Positions 27,481 to 36,636 of a DNA stretch of 64,000 bases are shown here, piece by piece. Below the pieces are notes generated by a model. It was given only the letters and a program-made list of their open reading frames with translations. It made no database searches and was not told where the DNA came from. The translations under genes and the position numbers were made by a program. The DNA lies in IMG/VR virus record IMGVR_UViG_3300035698_012408; one strand, written 5' to 3'. Position 1 is the stretch's first letter. The number at the start of each line of letters is the position of its first letter. The DNA is from a virus.

Positions 27481-27530
27481 AAATCGTCCGGTTTTCCCAG
27501 GGTAGGCGAAACTGCGTACGGATTTCCACC
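27481..27530. repeat. repeat locus 2: module C (AAATCGTCCGGTTTTCCCAGGG) plus module B
   Basis: C at 27481..27502 and B at 27509..27530. B is identical to 26684..26705. Confidence 0.85.
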
Positions 27531-27694
27531 TGAGTGGTCTTTTTGGTACGCTCGTTGAAACATTTGCTCGCCCGCGTAAGATGTCATAGTGTTATACGAA
27601 ACATTTCACGAAACTGTAACTGCTTTACCTGTAACAGGTTAGCGGGAAACAGGGCAGCCAACGGGCGTACCAGCCTACCCACGCTGAGGGGTAG

Positions 27695-27749
27695 ACTGGG
27701 AGTTGACTGGGAGTTGACTGGGAGTTCAAATCGTCCGGTTTTCCCAGGG
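27695..27749. repeat. repeat locus 3: three tandem 11-mers (ACTGGGAGTTG x2, ACTGGGAGTTC) plus module C
   Basis: 11-mers at 27695..27727 and C at 27728..27749, identical to 27481..27502. Confidence 0.85.
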
Positions 27750-27754
27750 ATGGT

Positions 27755-28318
27755 TTATCCGCCGCCGTCCAGATCGATCACTCGCGGCTGCCGTCCAACC
27801 TCCCGCACGGGTCGGGATACCACGCCGGCAATTTCCACACGCGGTAGGCCGAGTATGTTTGCGAACTGCTCCGCGTTCTGCTCGGCGTCCGCACCGGCCT
27901 GCCGCATCAGGCGACGCCGCGAGGCCGCCTGTAACGCGTCGGGGCTCTCCGCCCGCGAGGCCGCAAACACCGCCACCCACGACGTCGGGGGGTTAGGTAA
28001 TTCAATGACTTCCATCGTGTCAATATCGAAAGGTTCGCCGGCGTTGCCGAGGAAGGAGCACGTAGGCTCGCCTTCGTCGTCCTTGTAGTCTTCGAGGTCC
28101 TGCTCTGACACCAAGTACCTGTCGAGCTTGTCGGCGTCTACAGCGGCATCTAGGGCCTCCTGGAGCGAACTCCCAAAAACCACACAAACGGGGGAGCCGT
28201 GGTCGTGTAACAGCCACGGCCGGACGTTGTGAGGGTTCGACTCGTTGGACGGAATCCAATCGTCGAGCTCCGCAACGTCCTCGTCACTGAACGTGATCAT
28301 GCCGTAGGTGAACTCCAT
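27755..28318 (-). CDS. hypothetical acidic protein
   Basis: 187 aa. C-terminus is GRQPRVIDLDGGG (recurrent motif). Confidence 0.6.
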   Translation of the reverse strand: MEFTYGMITFSDEDVAELDDWIPSNESNPHNVRPWLLHDHGSPVCVVFGSSLQEALDAAVDADKLDRYLVSEQDLEDYKDDEGEPTCSFLGNAGEPFDIDTMEVIELPNPPTSWVAVFAASRAESPDALQAASRRRLMRQAGADAEQNAEQFANILGLPRVEIAGVVSRPVREVGRQPRVIDLDGGG

Positions 28319-29046
28319 CAGACAGAGAGCTCCTCAGGTGGGGACACGGCGAGCCACCCAAGGACCCGCAGCGCTTCCACCAGCATCTGGCCGCAGTAGT
28401 CATCGCCGTGCTCCGCCTGCAATTTCTCGCGGGCCGTGATGACGTGAGCATGGAATGAGTCCACGGCGTGTGCCGGGATCTGGAAGGCCCCGACCGCCAA
28501 ATGTTCGCCGTGCGCGACCGACTGCGCGTCCATGAGTACCACGGACTTGTAGGCGTCGAGATTCTCGATCGTGCCGATCCCGATAGCGACATCGGCAGCG
28601 AGCGGGTGAGCGAAGCCAGACGCTTCGGCGTCCATCACCGCGTGGGTGATCGCATTACGCACCGCCAGCTTGACCTTTTGCAGCATGTGCGGCAGCCCGG
28701 TCATGTCCACCTGACACGTGACGAGTATCTGCTCTTCGTGCGACTCGTCCGGTCCGAGCAGCGTCGGGTACGTGTGTGGGTAGATGGTTTCCTGATCCAT
28801 ATCGTCCCAGCCAAGCTGCTGTGCGACATCATCAAAGCCCTGCTTGGTGTGATCGCACACCAGCTTCGTGAGCATCCTGGCACACTTCCGGCAAAACACG
28901 TAGGGGACATCATGGTCCATCGAGTCGATTCTGGGCACGCGACTGTGCCGCAGCAGTTCGATGTTCTCGCCGCACGATACGTAGGTCGGCGAGAGTTTGG
29001 TGGTCCCACAGCTGTCGCAGCATGGGATCTTAGTGAGTGTGGACAT
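28318..29046 (-). CDS. hypothetical protein with N-terminal Cys pairs (possible zinc ribbon)
   Basis: CCDSCG...SCGEN and CRKCARM. Confidence 0.6.
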   Translation of the reverse strand: MSTLTKIPCCDSCGTTKLSPTYVSCGENIELLRHSRVPRIDSMDHDVPYVFCRKCARMLTKLVCDHTKQGFDDVAQQLGWDDMDQETIYPHTYPTLLGPDESHEEQILVTCQVDMTGLPHMLQKVKLAVRNAITHAVMDAEASGFAHPLAADVAIGIGTIENLDAYKSVVLMDAQSVAHGEHLAVGAFQIPAHAVDSFHAHVITAREKLQAEHGDDYCGQMLVEALRVLGWLAVSPPEELSV

Positions 29047-29058
29047 TTACTGCCTCCT

Positions 29059-29940
29059 TCATTCTTCGGATCTTCGGTTGTAAAAGGCGTCAACCAGTCG
29101 GTCGACGTCAGTAGCACCCGCCGGGTGGCAAATGTCTGCTTGGTAGACGAACGCCGATATTTGCGTACCGTTCGCGTCTGTTGCACACACGAGCTCTTCC
29201 TCTGCCGCCGTCTGAGTGTCGCGGTCAACCACGAGAAACGTCGTCAACGGTATCATGTCGTACGGGCAGCGGATGTCCTGGACTGACCCGCCGTGAACTG
29301 AAACCACGACAAGGGGATTATCCAACATCGCGATGACCCGATCGGCGAGAGTCTCGGTCTGGCAGGTGGCGAGCAGGTCCTCCGGTTCCCCGGGGATACG
29401 TCGCTCGACACGCCATCGGTCGTTCGCCCGGTTGTGCCGCTTCACCAGATTGCCATCTTCCTGTTCGCCCGACACGGCTGGGCCGCGGACCGGTAGGACG
29501 TCAGTAATAGGCCGAGGCATCTCAGTAGGCCCCAGCGGTATCTCGCTGCACGGGTTGTTGGTACGCGGTACGTCAAAGAGCGCCCCCGGCGATGACACGT
29601 ATTCCGTAACAGCCCACGTGATCACTGTCGGAACCATTCCGCTGTTGGAATCCGGGACGCTGTTGCCCCGCATCTCTCGCTGTATATCGCCGCGGGTGTA
29701 CCACTCCTGCCCGTGGGTCGTATCACCGCGCTGTAAATAGCCTTGTATGAGTTCGCCGATGCGGTTTTGCCCGACGTAGCAGCTAAGTCGCTCAGATATG
29801 GCAGCCACCGGAACTACTAAACCTTCCGGTTCGCGCGACACCCGTATGTGGTTGCCGGCGTTATCCAACTGCACGATTGTCCGATGCCACTGATCGTCGT
29901 CGCCGAGCCGATTTGCGTGCAAGATCAAGTGCCATGCCAT
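29059..29940 (-). CDS. hypothetical protein
   Basis: 293-aa ORF in the array. Confidence 0.6.
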   Translation of the reverse strand: MAWHLILHANRLGDDDQWHRTIVQLDNAGNHIRVSREPEGLVVPVAAISERLSCYVGQNRIGELIQGYLQRGDTTHGQEWYTRGDIQREMRGNSVPDSNSGMVPTVITWAVTEYVSSPGALFDVPRTNNPCSEIPLGPTEMPRPITDVLPVRGPAVSGEQEDGNLVKRHNRANDRWRVERRIPGEPEDLLATCQTETLADRVIAMLDNPLVVVSVHGGSVQDIRCPYDMIPLTTFLVVDRDTQTAAEEELVCATDANGTQISAFVYQADICHPAGATDVDRLVDAFYNRRSEE

Positions 29941-30203
29941 TATTTAGGTTTCCCCTCCCGGGTTCGACCGAGCTCCTGCAACTCCCACATCCGTAACGCT
30001 TTCCGCATCCGCCAGCTGAGCGGCACGATTACGCATGCGCCGACAATGGACATGATCCGTGTCGGTAGCGGTGTCTCGGGCAGGCAGATCAATAAAAGCA
30101 ACAGCCCCGTAACGAGGCCAGTCAGAAAGTACGCGAAATGCCCGAGGCATCGCATCCGACCCACGCGTACAGCTCGCGATTGTTCTGTTTCTTGCTGTCT
30201 CAT
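29940..30203 (-). CDS. small membrane protein (2 hydrophobic segments)
   Basis: FAYFLTGLVTGLLLLLICL and IMSIVGACVIVPL. 1-nt junction overlaps on both sides. Confidence 0.5.
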   Translation of the reverse strand: MRQQETEQSRAVRVGRMRCLGHFAYFLTGLVTGLLLLLICLPETPLPTRIMSIVGACVIVPLSWRMRKALRMWELQELGRTREGKPK

Positions 30204-30451
30204 TATTCAGGTGTCCTCTCCAGGCGCCGTACCAACTCCCACCCAGCGGCGGTGTCGGCAGGATTCACCTTTCGTCGCCAGATCATAGCGAATGTTGGTT
30301 GTAGTGACCCAGACCGCGCGTCGTCGAGGAGCCGCATGGCGTACGCCACCAGCGGCTCCAGGTTCTTGCGGTACTGGTAGCCGTAGTCCACACCTGCTCG
30401 CCGCAGCTGTAGACGGTAGTTGGTCGAGCCCCGAACGGTCTCGTTAGTCAT
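30203..30451 (-). CDS. hypothetical small protein
   Basis: ATG 30451 (MTNETVRG...) overlaps the stop of 30444..30656 by 8 nt. The upstream part of track ORF 30203..30586 is out of phase with that gene. Confidence 0.45.
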   Translation of the reverse strand: MTNETVRGSTNYRLQLRRAGVDYGYQYRKNLEPLVAYAMRLLDDARSGSLQPTFAMIWRRKVNPADTAAGWELVRRLERTPE

Positions 30452-30656
30452 CCTCGTCGACATAGAAATTCTCCCCACCCTCCGGGCAGTTCTCGCGAAG
30501 CAGTGCGAGGCTTCGCTTGATCGAATTGTCTCCGGTGCCGAAACTCTCTTCGGAATGGCCACATTCTTTACAGGTGACACAAACACCGGGAATCATATTA
30601 CCTGAATCGTTTTCGAGCTCAACGAACTCGACAGTGCATTCAATCTTTTCCCGCAT
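30444..30656 (-). CDS. small zinc-ribbon-like acidic protein
   Basis: CVTCKECGH...NCPEGG, ending in acidic YVDEDD. Confidence 0.5.
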   Translation of the reverse strand: MREKIECTVEFVELENDSGNMIPGVCVTCKECGHSEESFGTGDNSIKRSLALLRENCPEGGENFYVDEDD

Positions 30657-31356
30657 TGGGATCTTCCTTTGCTAGTCTGCGCGGCCCCTCGTTGTCTGCC
30701 AGGAGCGGGGCCATGCTTGGGTGAATCGGCTCATCGCCGGTAACTTGGTAAATCTGTCGTTCATCCGGGACCATTGAGGCCTGCTCGTAGCCGGCCTTGG
30801 TGATGTGCCCGAGGTCGATGTTGAAGGCCACGAGCTGGGCAGGGTGATCGCCTGGGTGCATCGTGTGGTAGTGATCTTCGACCCGCGGAGAGTCACCGAA
30901 CTCATCCAGCTCGTCGATGTCGAAGACGTCTTCCTCGGACCCGTCCCAGATGTGTGGCGACATCGCCACCATGCAGGTCGAGAGACAGTCGTCATCCTTC
31001 TCGGCCCAGTACACGGAGATCCCGTTGTGGGTGACGAGCAGGCCCTTGTCTTCGTCGGTTTCTGTGTCGATGATGTCAATGCTCGTATCAAGCAGCAGGT
31101 CTGGTACCGGCGGAGCGGTGTGCGGTCTGGTGCCGGTGCCGAGCAGAATCAACGCCAACAGGTGGCGGCGGCTGCCCTTAGCGGCTTCCGTCACGACGTG
31201 GAGCACCGCCGCATTGTCGCTGTCAAACTTGGCGTCTTTTCTGGTGCGTGTGAGCTGAACTTTCCCGTAAGCATCATTTGCACCGAGTACCCAGCCCTCT
31301 CCTCGCGACGCGTCGTCATCGTCCGTTGTCCAGTATTTAGAGTAATTAGTTAGCAT
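30640..31356 (-). CDS. hypothetical acidic protein
   Basis: 238-aa ORF. Confidence 0.6.
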   Translation of the reverse strand: MLTNYSKYWTTDDDDASRGEGWVLGANDAYGKVQLTRTRKDAKFDSDNAAVLHVVTEAAKGSRRHLLALILLGTGTRPHTAPPVPDLLLDTSIDIIDTETDEDKGLLVTHNGISVYWAEKDDDCLSTCMVAMSPHIWDGSEEDVFDIDELDEFGDSPRVEDHYHTMHPGDHPAQLVAFNIDLGHITKAGYEQASMVPDERQIYQVTGDEPIHPSMAPLLADNEGPRRLAKEDPNAGKD

Positions 31357-31791
31357 TCAGATTATCTCCCTCAACTCAATACAGCATTGATGTAGGATGG
31401 CCATGTATATCCACCACGTGGTCTGTACGTCGTCCGGCAAAAACACCGGAAGCGGCGGGTACTGCATGCGACACAAGCGATCAACTGCCAGTGTCATCAC
31501 ACGTTTCTTTAGATCCGCCCAGTTGCGGATCATTTGCGAACGCAGCATTGAATCCTGCTCGCAGATGTAATCTCGCAACTCGTCGAACGTGTTGCTAAGA
31601 GGTCGCTCCCAGATGAAGAAGGAATCGTGGACGGCCCACGCCCGCGACTCGCCCGCATGTCTTGCGAGTTCAGCGAAGAACGGCGTGAGCGACTCTCCAC
31701 GTTTCTCTGCGTCTTCGGCAGCTTCCGCCACGGTAATATCACCGTAGCGGGTTAGCATGTCGTCAATACGACGGTGGATAAATTTACCCAC
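31357..31791 (-). CDS. hypothetical protein
   Basis: 144 aa. The track start is GTG, overlapping the upstream stop (TAGTG). An alternative ATG is at 31758. Confidence 0.55.
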   Translation of the reverse strand: MGKFIHRRIDDMLTRYGDITVAEAAEDAEKRGESLTPFFAELARHAGESRAWAVHDSFFIWERPLSNTFDELRDYICEQDSMLRSQMIRNWADLKKRVMTLAVDRLCRMQYPPLPVFLPDDVQTTWWIYMAILHQCCIELREII

Positions 31792-32198
31792 TATTCTGTA
31801 CGCGTGAAGGTAAAACAGTCCGCACCCTTGATACGGTTGCCGACGAAGGTTCGACCATTACGCCGGAACGTGATTCGGCGACCGGCGACCGTGACGTCCT
31901 CGCTGACAGTCAGACCGGTCCACGTCCGCACTATCTGCATTTTTCCCATATTCTTCAGGTAGAACATACCCTCTTGGCCGATCTCGCAGCGGTCGTCCAG
32001 CCCGGCGATCAACGCTTCGTCCAACAGTTTGTTGTGGATCTTGGCGTTCTCTTCCGAGACGTCGACTTTGCCGAGATTTGGTTCGTAAGTACCACGCTCC
32101 TTGAACACCATCAGGTGTCCGAGGAGCTGATCATCAGCGGTCGTGATCAGTGAGCCCACATGCTTGAGTTCAGTCGTCATCAGTTCATTCTCCTTCAT
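31791..32198 (-). CDS. hypothetical protein
   Basis: 135-aa ORF. Confidence 0.55.
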   Translation of the reverse strand: MKENELMTTELKHVGSLITTADDQLLGHLMVFKERGTYEPNLGKVDVSEENAKIHNKLLDEALIAGLDDRCEIGQEGMFYLKNMGKMQIVRTWTGLTVSEDVTVAGRRITFRRNGRTFVGNRIKGADCFTFTRTE

Positions 32199-32216
32199 GG
32201 ATTGAACGTGTAGAAA

Positions 32217-32438
32217 TTAAGACGGGTCTTCCGTCAGTCTTACTGTGATAACATGATCGTCTTCGACCACAGCAGGCGGCACGGCCATGTGTGCCATGTA
32301 GAGCAGGGAGAGGCCAAGGGCCGCGGCCCACATGGCGAGATGAAATCGACCGGCGTGGATCGCGCAGAACGAGATACCGACACCGAGACCGCCAATAGTT
32401 CCTAGAATTTCACAAAGTAACATAGAGATTCCTTTCAT
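32217..32438 (-). CDS. small membrane protein (2 TM segments)
   Basis: LLCEILGTIGGLGVGISFCAI and AMWAAALGLSLLYMAHMAV. SD AAGGAAA. Confidence 0.5.
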   Translation of the reverse strand: MKGISMLLCEILGTIGGLGVGISFCAIHAGRFHLAMWAAALGLSLLYMAHMAVPPAVVEDDHVITVRLTEDPS

Positions 32439-32460
32439 GCAGTTTCCTTACACCGTCCGA

Positions 32461-32646
32461 CTAATACCGTCCGGCGGTAGCGTCTTCCCAGTCTAATTCC
32501 GGTCGACCTTTTAAGCACCATAACGCGTGCAGTGCGTCGTACCGACCGTGGATGTAATTGATAGCATCCAGGAATTCCGGGTGGTGGAGCTGTGCCCACT
32601 CCACTAACTCAAAAATACTAGGTTCATACGTAGTCTTGTCAGCCAA
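32461..32646 (-). CDS. hypothetical small protein
   Basis: 61-aa ORF. Confidence 0.45.
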   Translation of the reverse strand: MADKTTYEPSIFELVEWAQLHHPEFLDAINYIHGRYDALHALWCLKGRPELDWEDATAGRY

Positions 32647-32660
32647 TTGACACCTCCTAA

Positions 32661-33218
32661 CTAGGGCATTGCGTCGTAGTCCACGATATTCTGCGTGGGC
32701 GGCGAGACAGCTAAGACCTCAACAAGCATGTACCGTGGCTGGAAAACACCCAGACACGCGGAACACGTGTAATCTGCGAACGCTGCACCACCCTTCGTGA
32801 GCAGCCGCCCGCCCGTGATGTCGTCACAACCGCAATGCGGGCAACGTACACCGCCGCCGCGAATGAAGTCTTCAGCGTGGGTAGCTGTCAACTCTTTGTA
32901 GGCGCCGCGCTCGATCGTGAGCCGATACACGTTCTTGGCGTGTTCGAGCTCGTACTCCTGATCAATGGGGCTCGGCCAGCCGCACGAGTGTCGCAGCTCT
33001 TCGCCTTTCTTATTCAGCAAGTACAGATCCAGCACCGGGCAGCCGCCGTCGGCGTGTGCTTTGACCGTCAGACGCATCCGTGTGCCGTCCTTGAAGGACT
33101 CGTTAAATTCATGTACAACCTCGCCGGGTCGACGGGGTTCACTTAACCCGTTGTCAAGATCATCGTTGATTCCAGTGACCTGACGCCCTTCCAGGTGCAT
33201 GGTTTTACTATACAGCAT
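32661..33218 (-). CDS. hypothetical protein with C-terminal zinc ribbon
   Basis: Start trimmed to ATG 33218 (or 33200) because the upstream gene ends at 33208. CPHCGCDD...CSAC. Confidence 0.5.
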   Translation of the reverse strand: MLYSKTMHLEGRQVTGINDDLDNGLSEPRRPGEVVHEFNESFKDGTRMRLTVKAHADGGCPVLDLYLLNKKGEELRHSCGWPSPIDQEYELEHAKNVYRLTIERGAYKELTATHAEDFIRGGGVRCPHCGCDDITGGRLLTKGGAAFADYTCSACLGVFQPRYMLVEVLAVSPPTQNIVDYDAMP

Positions 33219-34437
33219 GCTGTTTCTCACTTTCATCATGCGGCTTGTCCACCTCGATAACACGCTGCCGCTCCACCGGGAGGCCGGCGGCTTTTGCAAC
33301 GAGTTGCATCGTGGCGTCCATCTTAGCCGCCTTGCCATTGGTTCCGTGAATATCGTCTCGCGTATCGATCATATCCTGGAGGAACTTCGGTGTCGGCATG
33401 GCGTCATTCTTGCCAGCTTCCTGCACGCGTATGGCTGCATCCAGCAGCTCACGACATGGAAGCATAGGCCGCGACGGAATCATACTGACCGAGGTGCCAT
33501 ACCAGTTAATGCCATGCTCCCGAAGGAGCACGTGGGCCCGCTCCTCATAGAAGCATACCTGACCATTATTGGCCCGGTACGCCTTGACGAAGTCGCGTTG
33601 CCACGGCTCCATGTGCTGCCTTTGCAGCCACTGCTTAGCTCGCCGGAAATCAGCCACCATAGACCAGCGACGTAGGAAACTGTCGATAAACTCGGCGGTC
33701 ATCCAGCCTGTTTCCCACTTATGTTTGCCGCCCGGCTTGGGGGCAGGCCGTGGTTGGTACGCATCCTCAACTCTGCGTGTGAACAAGCCTCGTAGGATGT
33801 CATGAAATGACATATCATTAGCTCGGCCGACGTCGTACGCGTTGAGCCCATTGCTCACGCCCTCGCTGATGTCCGCGAAATGCTCGAACGCGTGGTCTTG
33901 CAGGTTGTAATCCACGTGAGGGTCGGTAGCGAGGTAATCCGCGGCTTCGAGCCCTACGTCCGACATACCGTTCTCACGACGCCTGCGTCTTTCAGCACCC
34001 AGCCGGTCGCAGAAATCATCTGCGAGCCCTTCCAGGTACTCTTCGTCTGTCAGGTACTGACGATCGTCCATCGCATCACCAGCCGTAACGATCCTATCGC
34101 CATGCCAGCTGCCGGCAAACGTCGGCACGATGGTACGACACATAATCATCTCGTCGTCTTCGGTACGCTCATGCCGATGGTTGTAGGGGCCAGCCCACTC
34201 TGCATGTATCATTTCCCACGGTTCCGGGTCGAACTTGGTTTGCTTATCCGACTCGTACACAGTGCGGCAGAGGTCTCCCATGCCTTCGCCGTTGCCGCAA
34301 GCAGTCAGGACGGCGAGGGCGGTCATAATGCCGTCGCTTGAACATCCGAATTCCAGCAACTTACTGCCGTCCCCAAACGGGTGCGGCGAGATAAATTCCT
34401 TCTTGTCGAGGTTCACGATCACGTAATACTGGCCCAT
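33208..34437 (-). CDS. hypothetical protein
   Basis: 409 aa. C-terminus is ERQRVIEVDKPHDESEKQHAV (recurrent motif). Confidence 0.65.
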   Translation of the reverse strand: MGQYYVIVNLDKKEFISPHPFGDGSKLLEFGCSSDGIMTALAVLTACGNGEGMGDLCRTVYESDKQTKFDPEPWEMIHAEWAGPYNHRHERTEDDEMIMCRTIVPTFAGSWHGDRIVTAGDAMDDRQYLTDEEYLEGLADDFCDRLGAERRRRRENGMSDVGLEAADYLATDPHVDYNLQDHAFEHFADISEGVSNGLNAYDVGRANDMSFHDILRGLFTRRVEDAYQPRPAPKPGGKHKWETGWMTAEFIDSFLRRWSMVADFRRAKQWLQRQHMEPWQRDFVKAYRANNGQVCFYEERAHVLLREHGINWYGTSVSMIPSRPMLPCRELLDAAIRVQEAGKNDAMPTPKFLQDMIDTRDDIHGTNGKAAKMDATMQLVAKAAGLPVERQRVIEVDKPHDESEKQHAV

Positions 34438-35270
34438 TATTCAGTCCAGTTCTGCATTTCTTTTTTGAGATTTCTGTAAACGTAACGTGCCGTCACGTCT
34501 TCGCGTGCTGGTGTGTTAATCACCGAGTATCCGACAGCTTCCAGCGACCAGACCACTTCACTCGCAACCTCGTGACGCGCCTCATTCTGCGCGTACACGT
34601 AGTCGTCAATGCCGCCGCAGGAGCTTTCATATTCGTTATCATGCTTAATGACGAATTCACAATGCACCCGCCACCACTCCCAGCCGTTGAGATACCACTG
34701 GGTCAGCTGCGCAACGTAGCGGCGTTCCCAGAGTGCTGTCATCTCAGCAGCTACTTGCTTGCTGGCGCCGTTATATCGCATGTGCTGGAAGAATCCAGCT
34801 TTATTATCCTGCGCATGATCGCAGTCCTTGATATGCACACGAAACGTCTCGCCGTCAGAGTGGGCGTAGCCCTGACACTCCTGAAACTGATCAGACGTCG
34901 TGCGACTGTAACCGACGTTACATTTATGGCACCACTCTGTGAACATTTCGCGACTGTGGTCCCAGCCGTCATTCTCCACCCACGGAGCGGTCATCCCCTC
35001 ATCTTGCGACACGAGCGTGGCTTCAAACACGTCGTCGTATTCAATAAAACACGGCATGGAGACCTTACTAGCCTCCTCGACCGTTACTAGACCGTGCGTA
35101 CCTGTGTTAGTACACGAAGTTTTCGTCTCAATATGCAGGGTGCTGTCTTCACGCCACCGCGATTCGGTGGTGTGAAAACCGCCGCCCTCCCGTTCCGTTA
35201 CTGTCCGAAACTCCTCTTCCGGGGCATCCGGGGTGAGGGGATCTAAGACGATGGAACGCAGTTGCCGCAT
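34437..35270 (-). CDS. hypothetical protein
   Basis: 277 aa with 1-nt junctions on both sides. Confidence 0.6.
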   Translation of the reverse strand: MRQLRSIVLDPLTPDAPEEEFRTVTEREGGGFHTTESRWREDSTLHIETKTSCTNTGTHGLVTVEEASKVSMPCFIEYDDVFEATLVSQDEGMTAPWVENDGWDHSREMFTEWCHKCNVGYSRTTSDQFQECQGYAHSDGETFRVHIKDCDHAQDNKAGFFQHMRYNGASKQVAAEMTALWERRYVAQLTQWYLNGWEWWRVHCEFVIKHDNEYESSCGGIDDYVYAQNEARHEVASEVVWSLEAVGYSVINTPAREDVTARYVYRNLKKEMQNWTE

Positions 35271-35539
35271 CAGCTTTCGTCCGCGTTTTCGTCCGCGGCT
35301 TCGCCCTCGGCCGACTCCGTACCAAGATCAAAAGTCCGATCCTCTTCGTCGTCATCGGATGAACCTTCATCCGGGGATGGTGGTGACAGGTCTTCCGCCA
35401 CGCTGTCCCAGAAATTTTTGATCCGATCGGCAACCGACCCGTCGAGGATCTGTTCCTCTCCGCTGTGATAGCAGATGCGGATACTCACGTCGCCCGCGTT
35501 CTCCGGTTCCGCGTCAGCGATATACGCTATCGAGAACAT
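35270..35539 (-). CDS. small protein with strongly acidic C-terminal tail
   Basis: ATG 35539 lies 1 nt after the RNase H stop. Tail is SSDDDEEDRTFDLGTESAEGEAADENADES. Confidence 0.45.
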   Translation of the reverse strand: MFSIAYIADAEPENAGDVSIRICYHSGEEQILDGSVADRIKNFWDSVAEDLSPPSPDEGSSDDDEEDRTFDLGTESAEGEAADENADES

Positions 35540-35540
35540 G

Positions 35541-36278
35541 TTAATTCGGATGCTGCTGGCCGGTATCGTTATGAATGGCATTGTTGACATTTTCCGTGTG
35601 CTCCTCTGATGGATTGATGTGATAGATGTCGATCGCCTCACCCGTCTCCGGGTCAGCAAATCGAATCTGGGCAACGGCCTCCAAGGCTCGCTGCGTGATG
35701 CCTTCCGGGAAGTCAACGTGCTTCGCGGCCTGCTGGAGCTCCCGCCGGGCCATGCCGGCGATCAGATCCGCAGTCCAGTTAAGCTGTGACGTCGAGCGGT
35801 TGGCCCAATGAAAGTGGCAGTGGTAGCCGAGCCGCCGAAACTCTCGCATGGCGGACCAGTACGCAATGTTAGCCCGTGGCAGCTCGCCACTAGGCATCAT
35901 TGCTTTCGTGCCCCAGCGGGCGACGGTCTGGCTGTCCGTGATAATATGGACGTTGATCAGCCCACGAGTACGCAGACGCTCACGGCCATATTTTGCGTCA
36001 AACCAAGACAGGGCCTGAAGATACGGCATCGACTCCGCGGAGTTGATTGAGCCGAGATTCATCGCGCCCCACACGATCTTGCGGAAGCGGGTCTGGCTGT
36101 CTATGAGCACACCAGACCAGCCGCAAGCAGTGTTCCAGCCTGCGCCGCTGCCATCGCCTACAATGAGCAAATCCCACTTGGGTGAGCCGATACGCTCAAG
36201 AACCGCCTGGAGTAGCTCCACCTCCGGGACTCGGTGTTTGTCCGGCTTCGAGCGACTGGAGTTCCTGCTTTTTGCCAT
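35541..36278 (-). CDS. RNase H-fold nuclease (RNase HI-like)
   Basis: From ATG 36278: LIVGDGSG (Asp 1), SAESMPYL (Glu), IITDSQ (Asp), WTADLIAG (Asp), in RNase HI order. Confidence 0.65.
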   Translation of the reverse strand: MAKSRNSSRSKPDKHRVPEVELLQAVLERIGSPKWDLLIVGDGSGAGWNTACGWSGVLIDSQTRFRKIVWGAMNLGSINSAESMPYLQALSWFDAKYGRERLRTRGLINVHIITDSQTVARWGTKAMMPSGELPRANIAYWSAMREFRRLGYHCHFHWANRSTSQLNWTADLIAGMARRELQQAAKHVDFPEGITQRALEAVAQIRFADPETGEAIDIYHINPSEEHTENVNNAIHNDTGQQHPN

Positions 36279-36636
36279 CGATCTGCTCCTGGAGATTTGC
36301 AATTTCCAACTGCATACCTCCCATGTGTTTGTCAATCTCCCGAATCGTCTCAAACGCATTTTCGAGCTGGATGCGGAGACAACCATGCAGCTGCATGCTC
36401 ATGTGCATGATCTCGGCCGGCTGTCGAAGCGGCCCGTTGCGTCCCATGATCACGCCGAACGGCAGACGATCTTGTGGTATTTCGTAACTGGGGACGATCG
36501 CGACCCCTTCGAGCTCTGGCACCAGTTGCAGCAGATCACCAGCGAATTGCTGTGCTCTCTCCACAACTTCATCAGAGAATGCCTTGCGTACCGGAATGAT
36601 AGGCTCCGTCGCGGCGGTAGGTTCATCACTACTCAT
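36196..36636 (-). CDS. hypothetical protein
   Basis: 146 aa with an ATGA overlap at 36633..36636. Its 3' end overlaps the RNase H start by 83 nt. Confidence 0.5.
   Translation of the reverse strand: MSSDEPTAATEPIIPVRKAFSDEVVERAQQFAGDLLQLVPELEGVAIVPSYEIPQDRLPFGVIMGRNGPLRQPAEIMHMSMQLHGCLRIQLENAFETIREIDKHMGGMQLEIANLQEQIDGKKQELQSLEAGQTPSPGGGATPGGS

Noticed and set aside
27405-27587. 60-aa minus-strand ORF in the gap upstream of the HTH gene
   Set aside because: It would translate straight through repeat modules B and C, which occur elsewhere in clearly non-coding context (26684..26705). There is no RBS.
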